From: Octopus sinensis | Taxonomy: Eukaryota | Length of the DNA stretch: 64,000 bases | Assembly: GCF_006345805.1 (NCBI RefSeq) | Contig: NC_043003.1 | Span: 87,978,001-88,042,000, forward strand | Reading direction: 5' to 3' | Position numbers and translations under genes: made by a program | Shown: positions 25,130-39,497 of the stretch, in pieces | How the letters are laid out: the number at the start of each line of letters is the position of its first letter | Position numbering within the stretch: position 1 is the stretch's first letter | The notes under the pieces: generated by a model | Databases searched by the model: none | Seen by the model: the letters and a program-made list of their open reading frames with translations, nothing else | What the model was told of the DNA's origin: nothing

Positions 25130-26050
25130 AATAGTATGAGTTACTAGTAAATAAGTAGGAAAACAGATAAGTCACAGGTCCCTGATAAGTAGGAAAATAG
25201 ACAAGCCACAGCTCCCTTCAGGGAGATGGCCCTTCTCAATATGCAGAAAAGGTGTTGGGAGAAACTTCATATGGTGTACCCAGTGCAAGCTATGGACGCA
25301 TAAGAGGTGCAGCAGTATCACCAGAAGATTAACAGAAAAAGTAGCCTTTACATGTGGAAGATGTGCAGATACATTAAACACCAGGAATATACAAAAAATA
25401 GACTCCCTCAAATGTTGGGTGTGGAGATCCTTAGAAGTAGAAGACAGTTTCTGTTACTTAGATGACCAAGATAGTAGTGGTGGAGACTGTTCCGAAAGCA
25501 TAGCTGCTAGAATAAGTTCAGAGAGCTACAACCTCTGTCAGTAATGAAGGGATTCTCCCTCAGAGTAAAAAGCAGATTGTATGATGCCTATGTATGAACA
25601 GCTATGCTACATGGCAGTAAAGCATGGGCTGCAACTGCTGAGGACATGCATAGGCTTGAAAGAAATGAAGCCAGTATACTCCACTGAATGGGTAGTATCT
25701 ACATCAAGAAGGGATGACAGGGAACTAAGACTTTTAGCAGTTTGCTGTGCCTGAGAAGACACATCAAGCTAAAGAAATACATGGTCATCCTTGCATACAG
25801 GCATGTCCCTTGCATCCCTCTTCAGTTGAGTCTTGTGGGCTCATAGGTGCTGATGCCACGTAAAAAGCACCTGTGCTGGTGCTACATAAAAGCACCTGTG
25901 CCAGAGCACCCAGTAGACTCTGTAGAGTGGTTGGTGTTAGGAAGAGCATCCAGCCATAGAAACCATGCCAAAACATAGAGCCCAGGCAGCTCTTGTCAAA
26001 CCGTCCAACCCATGTTACCATGGAAAATGGACATTAAATGATGATGATGA
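25130..26050 (+). mobile_element. Degenerate RTE LINE 3' part with tail
   Basis: PHD region (WPFSICRKGVG), YLDDQDS, LHGSKAW, then (GAT)n tail at about 26038. Confidence 0.75.
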
Positions 26051-26319
26051 TGATATATGAAAAACTCAGCAAGTAACAGCTGTTAGCACTGCACAGGAAC
26101 AATTGTTGTGTTTTGTAACTAAAGCCTGTTTATTCAATCTTCTTGTATAAATTTTTAGATAAATTCTGTATACATTAACAAAGTTTCATGTATATCCAGT
26201 ACAAAGAACCCTGCTGTATGATGGCATATAGTAGCTAATAACTACATAGGAGCTTTTAAATGCATGTTATGTTATTACCCAGAAAATATTGAATATATCT
26301 TTTATCTGTTTTACTCACT

Positions 26320-27010
26320 AGACTGCAACCATGCTGGGGCACCGCCTTGAATTTTTAGCTGAATGAATTGATACTAGTACTTATTTATTTTTAAGTCTGG
26401 CACTTATTCCATCGGTCTCTTTTAGCAAACAGGCAATTAAACACACCAACACCAGTTGTCAAGTGGTGATGGCAGGACAAACACAAACACATGCACATAG
26501 ATATATTCATTTATTCTTTTCTTTTATTTGTTTAAGTCATTTGACTGTGGCCATGCTGGAGCACTGCCTTTAGTCAAACAAATCGACCCCAGGACTTATT
26601 CATTGTAAGCCTAGTACTTATTCTATCAGTCTCTTTTGCCAAATCACTAAGTTACGGGGACAAATACACACCAACATTGGTTGTCAAGTGATGGTGGGGC
26701 GACAAACACAGACACACACATATATACAACGGGTTTCTTCTAGTTTCTATCTACCAAATCCACTCACAAGGCCTTGGTCGGCCCGAGGCTATAGTAAAAG
26801 ACACCTGCCCAAGGTGCCACACAATGAGATTGAACCCAGAACCATGTTGTTGGGAAACAAGCTTCTTTCGACACAGTTATGCCTGCACCTATACATATAT
26901 ATATGATTCAGGGTTGAGTCCCACTGAATGGCACCTAGTGTCTTCTGCTATAGACCCAGGCTGACCAAAACCTTGTGAGTGAATTTGGTAGATGGAAATT
27001 GAAAGAAGCC
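26320..27010 (-). mobile_element. Cluster of SINE fragments, including CR1-tail SINEs and a CORE-type SINE
   Basis: GACTG(C/T)(A/G)(A/G)CCATGCTGG(G/A)GCAC(C/T)GCC at about 26331 and 26543; CORE-like ACCTGCCCAAGGTGCCAC and B-box-like GATTGAACCC at 26800-26840. Confidence 0.65.
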
Positions 27011-27026
27011 CATCATACACACAAAC

Positions 27027-27068
<42 letters not shown>

Positions 27069-27204
27069 CAACTAGCAGTTCAGAATACAATAGAATAAGT
27101 ACCAGGCTTAACAAAAGTTAAGTACTGGGGTCAATTCATTTAAGTAAAAATTTTTTGAGGTGGTGCCTCAATTGAAATATCATCAGTTTAATTGAAATAT
27201 CATC

Positions 27205-28894
27205 ATCAACATTTAACATCCATTTTCCATGCCAGCATGGGTTAGATGGTTTGACTGGAACTGGTAAGCTGGAGAGCTGCATCAGGTTCCAGTCTGAATT
27301 TGGCTCAGTTTCTGCAGCTGGATGTGTTTCTTAACGTCAGCCACTCTGAGAGTGTAGTGGGTGCCTTTTGCATATCACCGGCATGGGTGCTTTTATGTGT
27401 CAGTGACACGGGTGCCTTTATGTGTCAACCACATAGGTGCTTTTACATGTCACCAGCATGGGTACTTTTATGTGTCACCAGTACAGCTGCTGCTATGTAT
27501 CACTGACACTGACCAGAACTACAATTTTACTTGACTTAACAAGCACAGCAAATTGCCAAGGGTCACAACCATTTTTCATCACCTTTGTGAAGCCCTACAC
27601 TTGAAGCTCATGCTTCATCACCTTGTCCCATGCCTTCCTAGGTATACCTCTTCCACAAGTTACCTCCACAGTTAGAGATCAGCACTTCTTTACACAGCTG
27701 TCCTCATCCATATGCATCTGACCATACCAGTGCAGTCATCTCTCTTGCACACCACATCTGATGCCTCTTATGCCCAATTTTTCTCTTACACTCTGTTGTA
27801 CATGCACAATGACATTGCACATTCAGTGAAGCATATTAGCTTTGTTTCTTTCAAATTTTCAAACAGCCTCTACAGTCACAGCTCACATTTCACTGCTGTG
27901 TAGTATGGTTGTTTGCATAGAGGTATCATGCAATCTGCCTTTCACTCTGAGGGAGAGGCCAACAGAGGTAGAAACTCTCTGAACTTTACCCAGCCTATTT
28001 TTATTCTAGCAGCTATGCTCCCGGAGTATCCACCTCCACTGCTGACTTGATCACCAAAGTAAAAGCTGAAAACTACTTCTAGTTTTCTCCACTGGCATTT
28101 GATGGAGTCTGTTTTTTGTATATTTCTAGTGCTTGCTGTACCTGTGCATCTGCCACACACAAAGACTACTCTCCGTTAACCTACCTCTGATATTGCTGCA
28201 TTATTATGTGTCCATAGCTTGCACCGGGTACACTTTATGCAGTTTCTACCTATGCCTTTTCTGCACCAAGCAAGGCCATCTGCCTGAAGGATTTGTGATT
28301 TGTCTGCTTTCCTACTTACTAAATTTTTTTGCTAAATTAACTCTAAGGCCCTTTGAATCTAGACCTTGCTTCCACTTGCAAAATGTTTTCTCCAGTGCTG
28401 GTAGTGATTCAGCTATAAGAACAAGGTCATCAGCACAAAGGCGCTCCCAGCAGTAGCCCAACTTAAATTCCTCAGTTATTGCTTGGAAGATTATGAGAGA
28501 GCTGAGGTCTGATGCTTGGTGACCTCCTACTTGTACATTGAATTCATCACTATCCTCTTCGCCAACCCTCACCTTATTGACAGCATCCTTGTTCATGGCT
28601 TGTACAGCTCTCACCAGTCACTCCTCTATCCAAAGCTTCTGCAGTGACCACCAGATAAGGGTGCAGGGGACTCTGTTGAAGGCTTTCCCCATGTCAACAA
28701 AAGCCAAGTACAGAGGTTTATTTTTGGCCATGTACTTCTCTTTCAGATGCCTTACCAGGAATGTCACATCAGTGTTGCTTCTTCCTTTCACAAAACCAAA
28801 CTGTATCTCATCTATCGTCCCTTCCTAGTTAGTTGGACAATGACTCTCTCCATAACTTTCATCACCTGATCCAACAATTTGATACCTCCGTAAT

Positions 28895-28900
<6 letters not shown>
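27205..28900 (-). mobile_element. 5'-truncated degenerate RTE LINE with 3' UTR and (GAT)n tail
   Basis: RT fragments LCADDLVLIAE, YFGDQVSSGGG, IKLLDQVMKVMERVI; tail CATCATCAACATTTAACATCC. Confidence 0.85.
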
Positions 28901-28984
<84 letters not shown>

Positions 28985-29019
28985 ATATAAACACACACGT
29001 GCACACATTGATAAGAAGA

Positions 29020-29320
29020 CTTGTACCCCACAGCAGAAGTGTCAAGACCAATCCTGCTGGTAGTGTAAAGCACTTGTAGTGGTGCCATGTAAAGATACCT
29101 GTGCAGTATCACATAAAAGTGCCTATGTGGGACCACATAGAAATGCCCATGCGAAGCCATGTAAAAGCACCCAGCATACCCTGTTAAATAGCTGACATTA
29201 AGAAAAGCATCCAGCTGTAGAAACCATGCCAAATAAGACTGGAGTCTGGTACAACTCCCCAGCTCTGGTCAAAATGTCCAACCCATTTTAGCATGGACAA
29301 CAGACATTAAATAATGATAT
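29020..29320 (+). mobile_element. RTE 3' UTR/tail with about 23-bp repeat units
   Basis: Repeated ATGTAAAAGCACC-like core followed by the conserved tail. Confidence 0.7.
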
Positions 29321-29329
29321 ATATATACA

Positions 29330-29407
<78 letters not shown>

Positions 29408-30143
29408 CACACACACATATATGTATGTACTGTTGGCAACTTCTTTTCCTTCTTTGGACTTTCCCCGTTCTCCTATCCAATGAAGAGTACAGTTGAAACA
29501 TCAAAAACTCTCTCTTTATACTGAGCATCAAACTAATACATTCTTTGAGCATGTCTTCTTGTCTTTTATAGTTAATTTTACTGTTCATATATTTGAATTG
29601 ACTGTGTGTGTGTGTGTATGTCTATATGTATGTAGAAATGAATGTGTGTGTGTGTGTATGTAGAAATTAATGTGTGTGTGTACTATGAGTGTATGCTAAG
29701 TATATGTTTATATGTGTGAGTATTTTGGGAGCATATTTATGGCACCATTTGATCCTAAACTGACTGATTGACAAAATAAAACACACCCTAAAATTTCTTT
29801 TTTATCATACTTCAACTATTCCTTGGCATGTGTATGTATGTGTGTCTGTCTGTCTATGGGGGTATAATTATGTACATGTGAATGTGTGTGTGTACATGCA
29901 TGTGCATGTGTGTGTTTGCACGTACATGCTAGTGTGAGTGAGTGTGTGTGTGTGCATGCATGTGCAAGTGTGGGTGAGTGTATGTGTGTAAATTTAAGTG
30001 AGAAACTCAAAATAGAGTTACAATTTGTAAACACCCAATGCTTCATAAATATCTAATTATTAAAGTGGAAAAATTACCAGGAAAGAGATTCCTATTAATT
30101 TATTCACAAATAATACTGTACCAAGGAATTTCTATTTCAAGTA

Positions 30144-30228
<85 letters not shown>

Positions 30229-30229
30229 T

Positions 30230-33200
30230 AATGAAATTATTGTATACAGTGCTCAGGTGCACCACAACTTGTCAAAAGTGCATATAAAGTATATGCAGTA
30301 ATGTACAAATGTCTGGAAAGCGAACAGTGTATGAGTCAGATCCATGCTTGCGTGTGAATGGAGGGGAGAAAATCAGGTGTAGTGTTGGCAAATCTCAGGA
30401 AGCATGGAAGTTTTGAAGGATACAGTGCTCCGACAACTAACAACTGATGCCAGCAGTTTGTTCCATACTTCAGCAACTCTCAGCGTGAAAAAATGTTTCC
30501 GAAAGTCATGGGAGCTGTGCTGTTTTCTGACTTTGTAAACATGTCCACAGGTGTTAGACAGGTGGAGTTTGAAAAGGTGCTCATGGGTGTCTGCCAAGTA
30601 AGGTATTCAGAATAAGGCAAATGCCTGATGGAGGATATTCTCTTGGTTGCACATCACTGAACGGCTTCTAGACGATTAATATCCAGGGCAAGATAGGGGT
30701 TCCAGACTAGTGATGCAAATTCCAGGTGAGGTCATACCATAGCCGCAGATAGATAGCCAGAGAGTGGCTCACAAAGGACTTAGTGAGTGATGCCAAGACA
30801 CCCTCAGCCTTCTTGGCAATTTTAGCAATGTGTTTTGTCCAATGCAAATCGCTGTTGACGCAATGCAAATCGCAGGTCACGTTCACAAGAAGACTTTTTG
30901 AGATTAGTGTTGTGGGGGGAATAAGTAGATGCAGGGTTTTTCCTCCCAAAATGCATGGTGGTACATTTGTCCACAGCCAGCTTGAGTTGCCAGTCCATGA
31001 TCCACTGCTGCATTGTGTCCAGGTCTGATTGCAATAGAGATCTATAGTGTACAGGATCTGACCTCTTTATTTCGAGGTACAGCTTGATGTCATCTGCATA
31101 TTTCAGCACTGTGGAATTTTTTAAGTTGGCATCTATGTCATTAACATATGCAACAAATAAAAGGGGGCTAAGAACAGATCCCTGTGGTACACCAGATGTC
31201 ATCTCATAGGGCGAAGAGTGCTGTCCTAGAACTGTGACAACCTCTTTTTGGCCGATAATAAAGGACTTCAACCAGTTATAGAGATCGTCTCCTACACGCA
31301 TCGCAGAGAGTTTCACCATAAGTCTTTTGTGTGGCACAGAATTAAAAGCCTTAGCAAAGGCCAGGTAAACAACATCCACCCAGGATCTACGATCAGTGAT
31401 TCAGGTAATGTCCTCAAGAAACTCGATGAGTTGATTACAGCAGCTGGAGTTAGGAATAAAACCAAATTGTGACGGCTGGATGAGGCTGTGAGACTTCTAG
31501 AAGTTCCAGAGGGTTTCTCTGACACAGGATTCCATCAGTTTGGCAATGCAGCTATTAAGACTAACAGGGCGATAGTTGACAGGCGATGTGTGGACACCTT
31601 TTTTGAACAGAGGGATGACACTGGCAGTTTTCCACTGCTCTGGAGTAACACCATTGTCAAGACAGAATAGAAAGAATAGTGAAAGTTAGTTTAAAAGAAA
31701 GTACCCACCGTGTTTGAGAAGTAGGTATATAACACCGTTGAGACCAGGAGAGGCATAGTTACATTTATTCTTAAGGTGGTGTTGTAGCATTGCTGGTGTA
31801 AATTTCATAGTAGTTATAGAGTCCGGTGTCAGAGGTGATGGAGATGGAACATTTTGATCTTCGACAGTAAAGATGCCTGCATAGCATCCAGCAATGATTT
31901 CTGCACATTCTTTGGGATTGCCAGTAATCTGCCCTGTGTGGGGATTGCGAAGGGAACCAACTGGAGAGTGAGGTCTCTGCTTTGAGTGTACATACTTCCA
32001 GAACACTTTGCTGTCAGGGTTGGTTGCTATGCGCTGTTCGAATGCACCTGCTTGAGATGGTTGGCTGATCTATTGCGCTTTTTCCTGTTGATCTCTGATT
32101 TGTGCAATTTTTATTCCTGTTCAGCATTACGGCGTTCTTTCCTGGCAAGTTGGACTGCTGCAGTCTCCTAAATTGCACTATTGGGTGATTTTTTTGTGCT
32201 TGCGTGGTACCGATGCTGCACATGCCACCCATATTGAATTCAGAATGTTCTGAAGTATAGTGTTCACATCTCCAGAGGCATAAAATTCGAGCCAGTTTGG
32301 GCATCGCAGCTCAGTACAATAAGAGCTCCAGTCTGCTTTATTCCAGTCAAAGTGGGCAGTTTGAAGATGGTTGTGGTTTTTGTTGCAACCAATCAGAGAC
32401 AAGTCGGCCATGATCATGGAATGATCAGAGTCCCCTAAAGGTTCTTCAGTAGTGACACTAATAATTGTTTCAGGAGAAACGGTAAATAGCAGATCCAAAG
32501 TGTTGTTACCCATTGTGGGGGAGGTAACGACTTGGGACCAATTTGAATTCAGCACCAGTTCAAGGTAATCGTCTGCACTTTGCGGCCAATGGAAGGCCTC
32601 CCAGTCAATCTCAGGGAAATTGAAGTCCCCCGCAATATAAACATAAGTGGCTGTTTTCATGGCAGCAGCTCTGAGGATATCAAAAAGTTGTGTGTCTTGA
32701 CGATAATTTGGGGGGGGGGTCTAAACAACTCCAAGCAGAAGTGTTGACATGGTCATGTGTATATTGCAGAAAAATACTTCCTGCTGAGATTGGTTCAAAT
32801 CATCACAAGGAATTGCCGATAGATTTGATCGAACATAAACCATCACACCTCCACCACAGCGATTAATGCAGTCTTTGCAGAACAGGTTGTAGCCGGCTAT
32901 GCTGAAAACCCCATCACAGAGTGCAGAATGTGCCCATGTTTCCGTGACTGTGATGAAATCTGGGTCGATACTTTTGACGTAAGAGTCAAAAAGCTGTACC
33001 TTGTGGCATAAACTACGGGCATTCAAGGACAGCAGCTTGTATCTGGATTTCAGATGGCGATGATATACAGGAGATGGCTGATTGTTCTTGCTTAGTTTCC
33101 CATGATTTTTGTATTGCGAGTTATTGTGGGTGCAGTTTGCTCAGTCCAACTAATATCCCTTATCCACGACTCACCAGACTTGATAAATTTCCATATTTTC

Positions 33201-34320
33201 CCATCATCACATAGGCTAAAGCTTTCCTGTGGCACAGAGTTGCGATTTAGGGAAGCTACAGATCTTAGCTTTGGGCGTACATCAGGTGGTAGGCCAGAAC
33301 ATGTCCTAAAGGTAATTCTGTTTTCGCGCCGAGCCCTATCAGCAGCTGGATGGTATGCCCATGCCTCAGTAGAGTTTGAAAACATCAGCCTGATCAATCT
33401 GGGTTTGGATCCTGGTCGGCCAAGGCAGAAAGCACTTTTTGGAGGAACACAGCTTAGGTCCTTAGATGTGTTTCCAGTAAATGCCTGTAGATCTACCACA
33501 TCTGATACTCCGATGGCAATTACCTCATGAGTGGCTGATTCAGCGACTTCCTTGATGCGCCGAGGTTCCATACGAGCTACCAGTAAATTGCTGAGCAAGG
33601 CACTCTGATACGACCCCTCATTGTGAGGTTTCGCACAGATGCTGGTTTTGATTCCTGCTATTTAGCAGCTTAAAGCAGAAATCATTTGTCTAATTTCCGC
33701 AACTTCTGTGCTGATGGTTGATTTTTGCTGATGCTGAGAAGTATCGGGAGAGGAGGGCATGGTTGGCCTTTGTTCCTGCAGATGTACTTCGACTAGAATG
33801 ATAAATTTTTGTTGTTGAAGAGCAATAGAGGAGGAAGACACAGGTGGCTTAAGTTTTTGTTTTTGATGATGTTCTTCAACAGGAATGGCCGATTTTTGTG
33901 GCTGTTGTTGAAGAGTGCGTCATCAACAGAACTAGTTTTGTGAGACAAAGTAGTTGGTTTTTGCTGTTCAGCAGCAATGGTAGCAGGGAATACACAAGTC
34001 AGGCACTGAAATGACCAGTTTGGTAGCTGGACCATTTCCCAGAGTTTATCCATCATAGAAGTATGGCGTCCTTTCTTTTGACCTGGGATCTTTTGAAAGT
34101 TTGTGGCACATTGAAAGCAGATCGAAACATGACATTTACTGCATTCAACCCATCTATTTCGGAAGGAATTTTTGAGTTTTGTTCATAGATGACAGATGTG
34201 ATTTTCTGGGCAACACTCTATTTTAGGACAGCGACCAGTTTTGTCGCACAGCTCATCCACAGATGATACCGTGGCAGTTTTGTTCACTCTGCCCATCCAT
34301 ACTGTAGTACAAAGGTTAAA
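30230..34320 (-). mobile_element. Near full-length but decayed CR1-group LINE (ORF1 with PHD/RING-like finger; ORF2 EN-RT)
   Basis: ORF2 pieces NARSL, VTETW, GGGVMVYV, AGDFNFP, LGDSDH, GVPQGSVL, YADD and RKHFFTLRVAEVWNKL; ORF1 33092-33598 (LGRPGSKPRLIRLMF); upstream ICHL*...WVECSKC..ICFQC...FQCLTC at about 33985-34210. Confidence 0.9.
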
Positions 34321-35151
34321 AAAAAAAAAGTGATATAGCACACTTGTTAGGGAAATAAATAAGATGTTTTATTTTTTGTTGTTATTGTTGTTAACTGTTT
34401 TCACTTTCCTCATTGTATGTGTGTATACAATATACAATTATATGTGCAAACAAGAGATGTAAGGATTCAATGGTTGGTGTGTTTATAATGTGTGCACGAT
34501 ACTCACTGCAATGCCTCAGTGAAGAAGAAAGTATAATTTAAATTCGCTTTGTGTATATATTCGTGTGTGGGGCGTGCTGATATATAAAACTGTGTGTATG
34601 GTTTATCTAGAATTCGGGATGTACTTACAATTATCTTTACAAAGTAGAATGGCGTGTTTTCAATCATGGTTGCTACACGTGGTAACACAGATTTACAACA
34701 AGGAGACACACAGTTATTTTCTTTTTGTAGAATCATTAAAGGTACCGTTCCATTATCCAAGGAATGTGTTGTGTACTTATTAAGTTTTGTCAGAGGGAAA
34801 TATCAGGTTTTCAGGTATCTCTCTCAACCTGTCATTACTTGTCTGCTTCTTAGCACAGTGGCCATAGTACATGTCATCTTAGCACGGTGGCATAAGACAA
34901 GCACACATCTTTAATATTTTCAGATCTACATAAATATATATACCATACTTTACATATCAAGTTCTATTTCTATTTTTACCATTAAACTTTCATGCTACGC
35001 ACATTATTGTTTACACTTTCACCGTTTGGAAAATCAGCATATGATTTAAACCATGTTTCTTATATGATTGATGATATATATATATATATATAGGCCATTA
35101 GTTCAGATATCTGAAAAAGAAGCACTCTAAAATAGTAGAGTAGTAATATTT

Positions 35152-35953
35152 AGGTTGTTTGTTATGGCCAGTCAAAGACTGACAATTGGTTTTGTATCTA
35201 TAAGGCACTTAAATGTATAGGTAACTCATCAGCCTCAAATGGCCAGAAGCATCTACAGCTAGAGGAAGGAAAATATTTTGGTCAGTTAATTTTGTAAAGA
35301 AAAGTTCCAAAACAAAACTCTACTAGAGAAACCCTGGGCAAGGTGAAGTTATCACCCCTAGACCAGTACTGGTTATGTCTATGGTGGACCTGCTGAAAAT
35401 GTCCAAGGCTGATAGTATTTTCTTAGTTGGCAAATGGTGAATTCAATGTTTTCAACATGAATTTTAGTCAGAATGAGGGTGCTGACTAAATACCTCTATT
35501 TTGAAGTTTAAAAAGAATTCCAAGTTGAGTGAGTTTTTCAGGAAAGAGTGAGAATCCTGAAAAACTCACTTGACTCAGGGTCCTTTTTAAACTGCAAAAT
35601 AGATATTTAGTCAGTGCCTTCATCATAGGAAATTTGTGTTGGGAACATGAAATTCACCATTTACTAACTAAGGAAATGCTACCAGCCTCAAATGCCTTTA
35701 GTCATCCCATCAGAGATGTAACTGGTACTTGTCTAGAGGTGATAACTTTGCATCACCAAAGGCTTCAGCAGTAGAGTTTCATTTCAGAATTTTTTTTTAC
35801 AAAAATAACTGACCATGATATTTTCCTCCCTCCAGTTATAGAGAGAGGTTATGTACCTCTGGCCAGTTGAGTCCGATGAGCTGCCTATACGACTAAGTGC
35901 CTTATAGGTTCAAAACCAATGGTCACTCTCTGACCAGCCATAACAAACAACCT
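35152..35953. repeat. Old imperfect palindrome, about 400-bp arms, with a hammerhead-like motif in each arm
   Basis: Centre GAGTTTTTCAGGA-(11 nt)-TCCTGAAAAACTC at 35531-35567; outer ends AGGTTGTTTGTTATGG / CCATAACAAACAACCT; HHR-like motifs at 35177-35236 (-) and 35869-35928 (+). Confidence 0.85.
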
Positions 35954-36169
35954 TCTATATACACAAGGTGTATACACAGAAGTTTTGAAAGGTTTTTAGG
36001 AGCAGCAATTATAACTGTCCTGGATTATTGTAATTTTAGTATAACATTACTATACATCTAATAAGCTAACCTACCAACTTTTGTTATTCCAGATGGAAGG
36101 AGATGGCTGTAACAGTACTTTAAATGCATACTACTAAATATTGCTTACCACAGCTGACTAGCTTGCAGA

Positions 36170-36380
36170 ATGCAGTCAGGTCACAAAAACAATTTGGAAG
36201 CCCACTATACAATAAAGTTTTGTGTTAAACTTGGCAAAAATGCTACAGAAACTAATGAAATGCTCCAGATTGCTTATGGATTAATTTGTATGAACCAAAC
36301 ATGTTTTCCATTGGCAAAAAGTAAGTCCACCAGAAAGCTCATGATGATCCCTTTTTTCAACAGCACAGGCATCATCTACT
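36170..36380 (+). mobile_element. Mariner transposase fragment
   Basis: HYTIKFCVKLGKNATETNEMLQIAYG...KLMMIPFFNSTGII. Confidence 0.75.
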
Positions 36381-39300
36381 TCCACTGGATTTCCTCTGAT
36401 CTAGCAGTTCCAGAGCCTGTAGCAGGCAGTTCTTGTCAGTCAATGATATAGTTACTAGCAATCTTGTACACCACAAGTCCATATGAGAGATCCTATCAAG
36501 GTAAATAACACAATATTCTGTATTCTAACACAACCTTCACATTAAGTTGGAGATCAGAATTGCCTTTTGGTATAAATACTGCTTCTGTTCCTATTAATTA
36601 TTTTTTAAATAATCCCACTATTTGTGACACAAATACCTGAATAGACACTTATATTCTATATATATCATTGATGGGAGATTCAGCTGTATGTTGTTCCTGG
36701 ACGTGTGTCACAAAGGAGCCTAGAGCAGGGTAAAATCATGAGAGCTGACATTTCAGGCAGCTGTGGCAGACAGATATCATCTGTCAATGATATAATTATG
36801 AGTGCTTTTATGCACCATGAGTCCATATGACTGATTCTCTCAAGATAAATAATGCAATATTCCATGTTAAGTTCATGATCAAGATTGTCTTTTGATGCAT
36901 GCATGTGTGTGTACATACACACGTGCATACATACATATATAGTAAAAGTTGAAGACTGAAGTTTATGATATTACTTTTTATTTATTTCATGATTGACAAC
37001 AATTTCAGCCATGAAATAAAAGAATACTATTAACTCAAATCTTCAATTCTTTCAACAATTGCATGCTGACTATTCTCACGTTATGTTTATAGACATGTTT
37101 AGTAATAATGGTCTAGTTGTGCATGCTATATAAAGTATATTACATATAACCACCCAAAGAATTGCTTCATCAGAACACTATAAAAACAATACACAGAAAT
37201 AACCAGTTATCTCACTGGAACATGAAACATTTAGCATTAATTAGAATGGGCAGGGTTAAAATTTAGAACTTTATCAAGAAAAGAAAAAGAAAGAAAGAAA
37301 AAGAAAATAACAAAGGAAACAAGTTGTTTGTTTCTGTTGATGCCTAAAGATAGAATTGAATGCCTAGCAGACCTCATGCTTTGTCAGTCTGCCAGATGGA
37401 GATTTGGTCAGAGTAGAACAGGACTATACAGTGATATCATATTACTTTCCAGTCATCTTTGTGGCATTTTACTTTTTATACAGGGTTCTAATGATAACTA
37501 TGTAACAGACTTTACATAAACATGTATGATTAGATCATTATTAAAAGATATGTCTTAAACATATCATGTCTATAAATGTAATAGTCACTATAAAATTGTT
37601 GAAATAATTGTCAAATATAGAAAAAAAATATCATTAAACTCCAATCTTCAGTTTTTATTATTCATACTCTATGTTGGAAATGGTACTTGCAAATTTTCTG
37701 CTTATTCAAAATAAATGTTTTCTACAGGGATATTCTCCGTTTGCAATTTTTAGATAGCTACTGTAAATGAATAAATTATCTTATTCCTACTAATTCACTC
37801 TATACACACACACACACACACACACAAAACAGATGTGTGTGTATGTGTGCATGCATGCCTGAAAATTATGATAATTATAATGATTCATCATCATCATTTA
37901 ACATTTGTTTTTCATGGTAACATGGGTGGGATGGTTTGACAGAATCCAAGTTGCAAGGCAACATCAAGCTCCAATGTCAGCTTTGATATAATTCCTATAG
38001 TAAGATGCCCTTCCTAATGCCAACTACTTTATAGAATTTACTGGGTACATTTTCTTGTGCCACCAGCACAAGTGAGGTCATCACATAAACTTGCAAGACA
38101 GGAAAAGAACAAAAAGAAAAAGAAAAGGTTCCCACCACTCAGAGGGGAGTATTTGAAAGGGGAAGGTGGAGATAGGTGGCTTTATACCAAATGTTGAAAG
38201 GCTGAAATATGATAAAAGAACAAACACAAGTATCTTGCTGCAGAGGAGATGCATGACTGAAAGAGGTAAAAGGAAAGTAGTGATGAGGTGCTAGAGCAAA
38301 CTCTCAAGGTACAAGAAGGTGAGCATGAGAGAGGATACAGACAATAGGTCAAAGGAGATGATGAGAGAGTGGATACTTTCATAAGATGGAGAGGGGAGAG
38401 TAACTGATGGTTAAAGATAAGGATAGAGTTAAATATAGTGAGTGATGAACAAGAGTGGAGGTATGGTTGAAGAAAAATACCAGTATGGAGAGGATAAGGT
38501 GAGAAATATAGGAATTGCTCTAGAAAGGGAATAGATCAAGCAGTGGGATGATGTGCAAGGTGTAGAGGGGCATAAGAGTCTGTAGTAAGTGGAACAAGAT
38601 GATATGTATAAGAGGGTATTGAGAACAATAGTAGATAAAAGATGTTAAGAATGAAGTATAGTGGAGGGGAGAGTGAAGTGGATGAAGGCCCAGCAAGGAT
38701 GTGATTGGTAGAAATAGAGTGGGCAAAAATGATAATGAGAAATGGAAGTGGTTCCCTAAGAAGGTGTTGGGGCATAACCACCAGAAGGAAGTGACCTGTT
38801 GATTCTACTATCATTCAGTTGATTACAGCAGTTAAGTTGTACTACAGATAGAAGATCGATAATTGTTTGGGAATAAGAATTGGGAGAAATGCTTGATGAG
38901 GTAAAGAGAGGGGAGTGGAGGCAGGACCCTGCACATACAAGCATACCAGGTGGTTTTAGGATGTCAATTTTTGCTGGGGTGGATGGGTTTTCTCAAACAT
39001 AGTACATTACCAATTATCTTAGTCCTCTGTAAGGCTCAGCATCATGAGATTATAAGTGGCAAATTATTGTAGGATGGTGTATTGGCAAAAACAATCTCAC
39101 AGTCCAGCTGTTCACATTCTGAATTCAAATCCTACCAAGATCAGTTTGCTTTTCATCCTCCCAGAGTTCATAAATTAAACTACCAGTTATGTACTGGAAT
39201 TGGTCAACTGCTGGTCTGTAAGAATAAAGTGACACACTAACTGAAGTACACATCTTTCACATCACTATTCTCTAGCTCCATTACCCTGCACTACAACCAA

Positions 39301-39462
39301 CACAACACACACCCACACTCTATTATTCATTCACACATACCAAATTATTCTCTCTAGAAGTAGGTCTCAATAAAAGGACTAATGTAAAAAAATCATAAAC
39401 ACACACATAACTCCCATATGTGTGTGTATGTGTATGTATGTGAGTATATGTTTATGTATGCA

Positions 39463-39497
<35 letters not shown>

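Noticed and set aside
34585-34820. Possible host exon: plus-strand acceptor TTTCTTTTTGTAG at about 34729, and a minus-strand GTAAGTA donor at about 34628
   Set aside because: The two readings conflict, I recognise neither peptide, and no partner exons were found; RNA-seq is needed.
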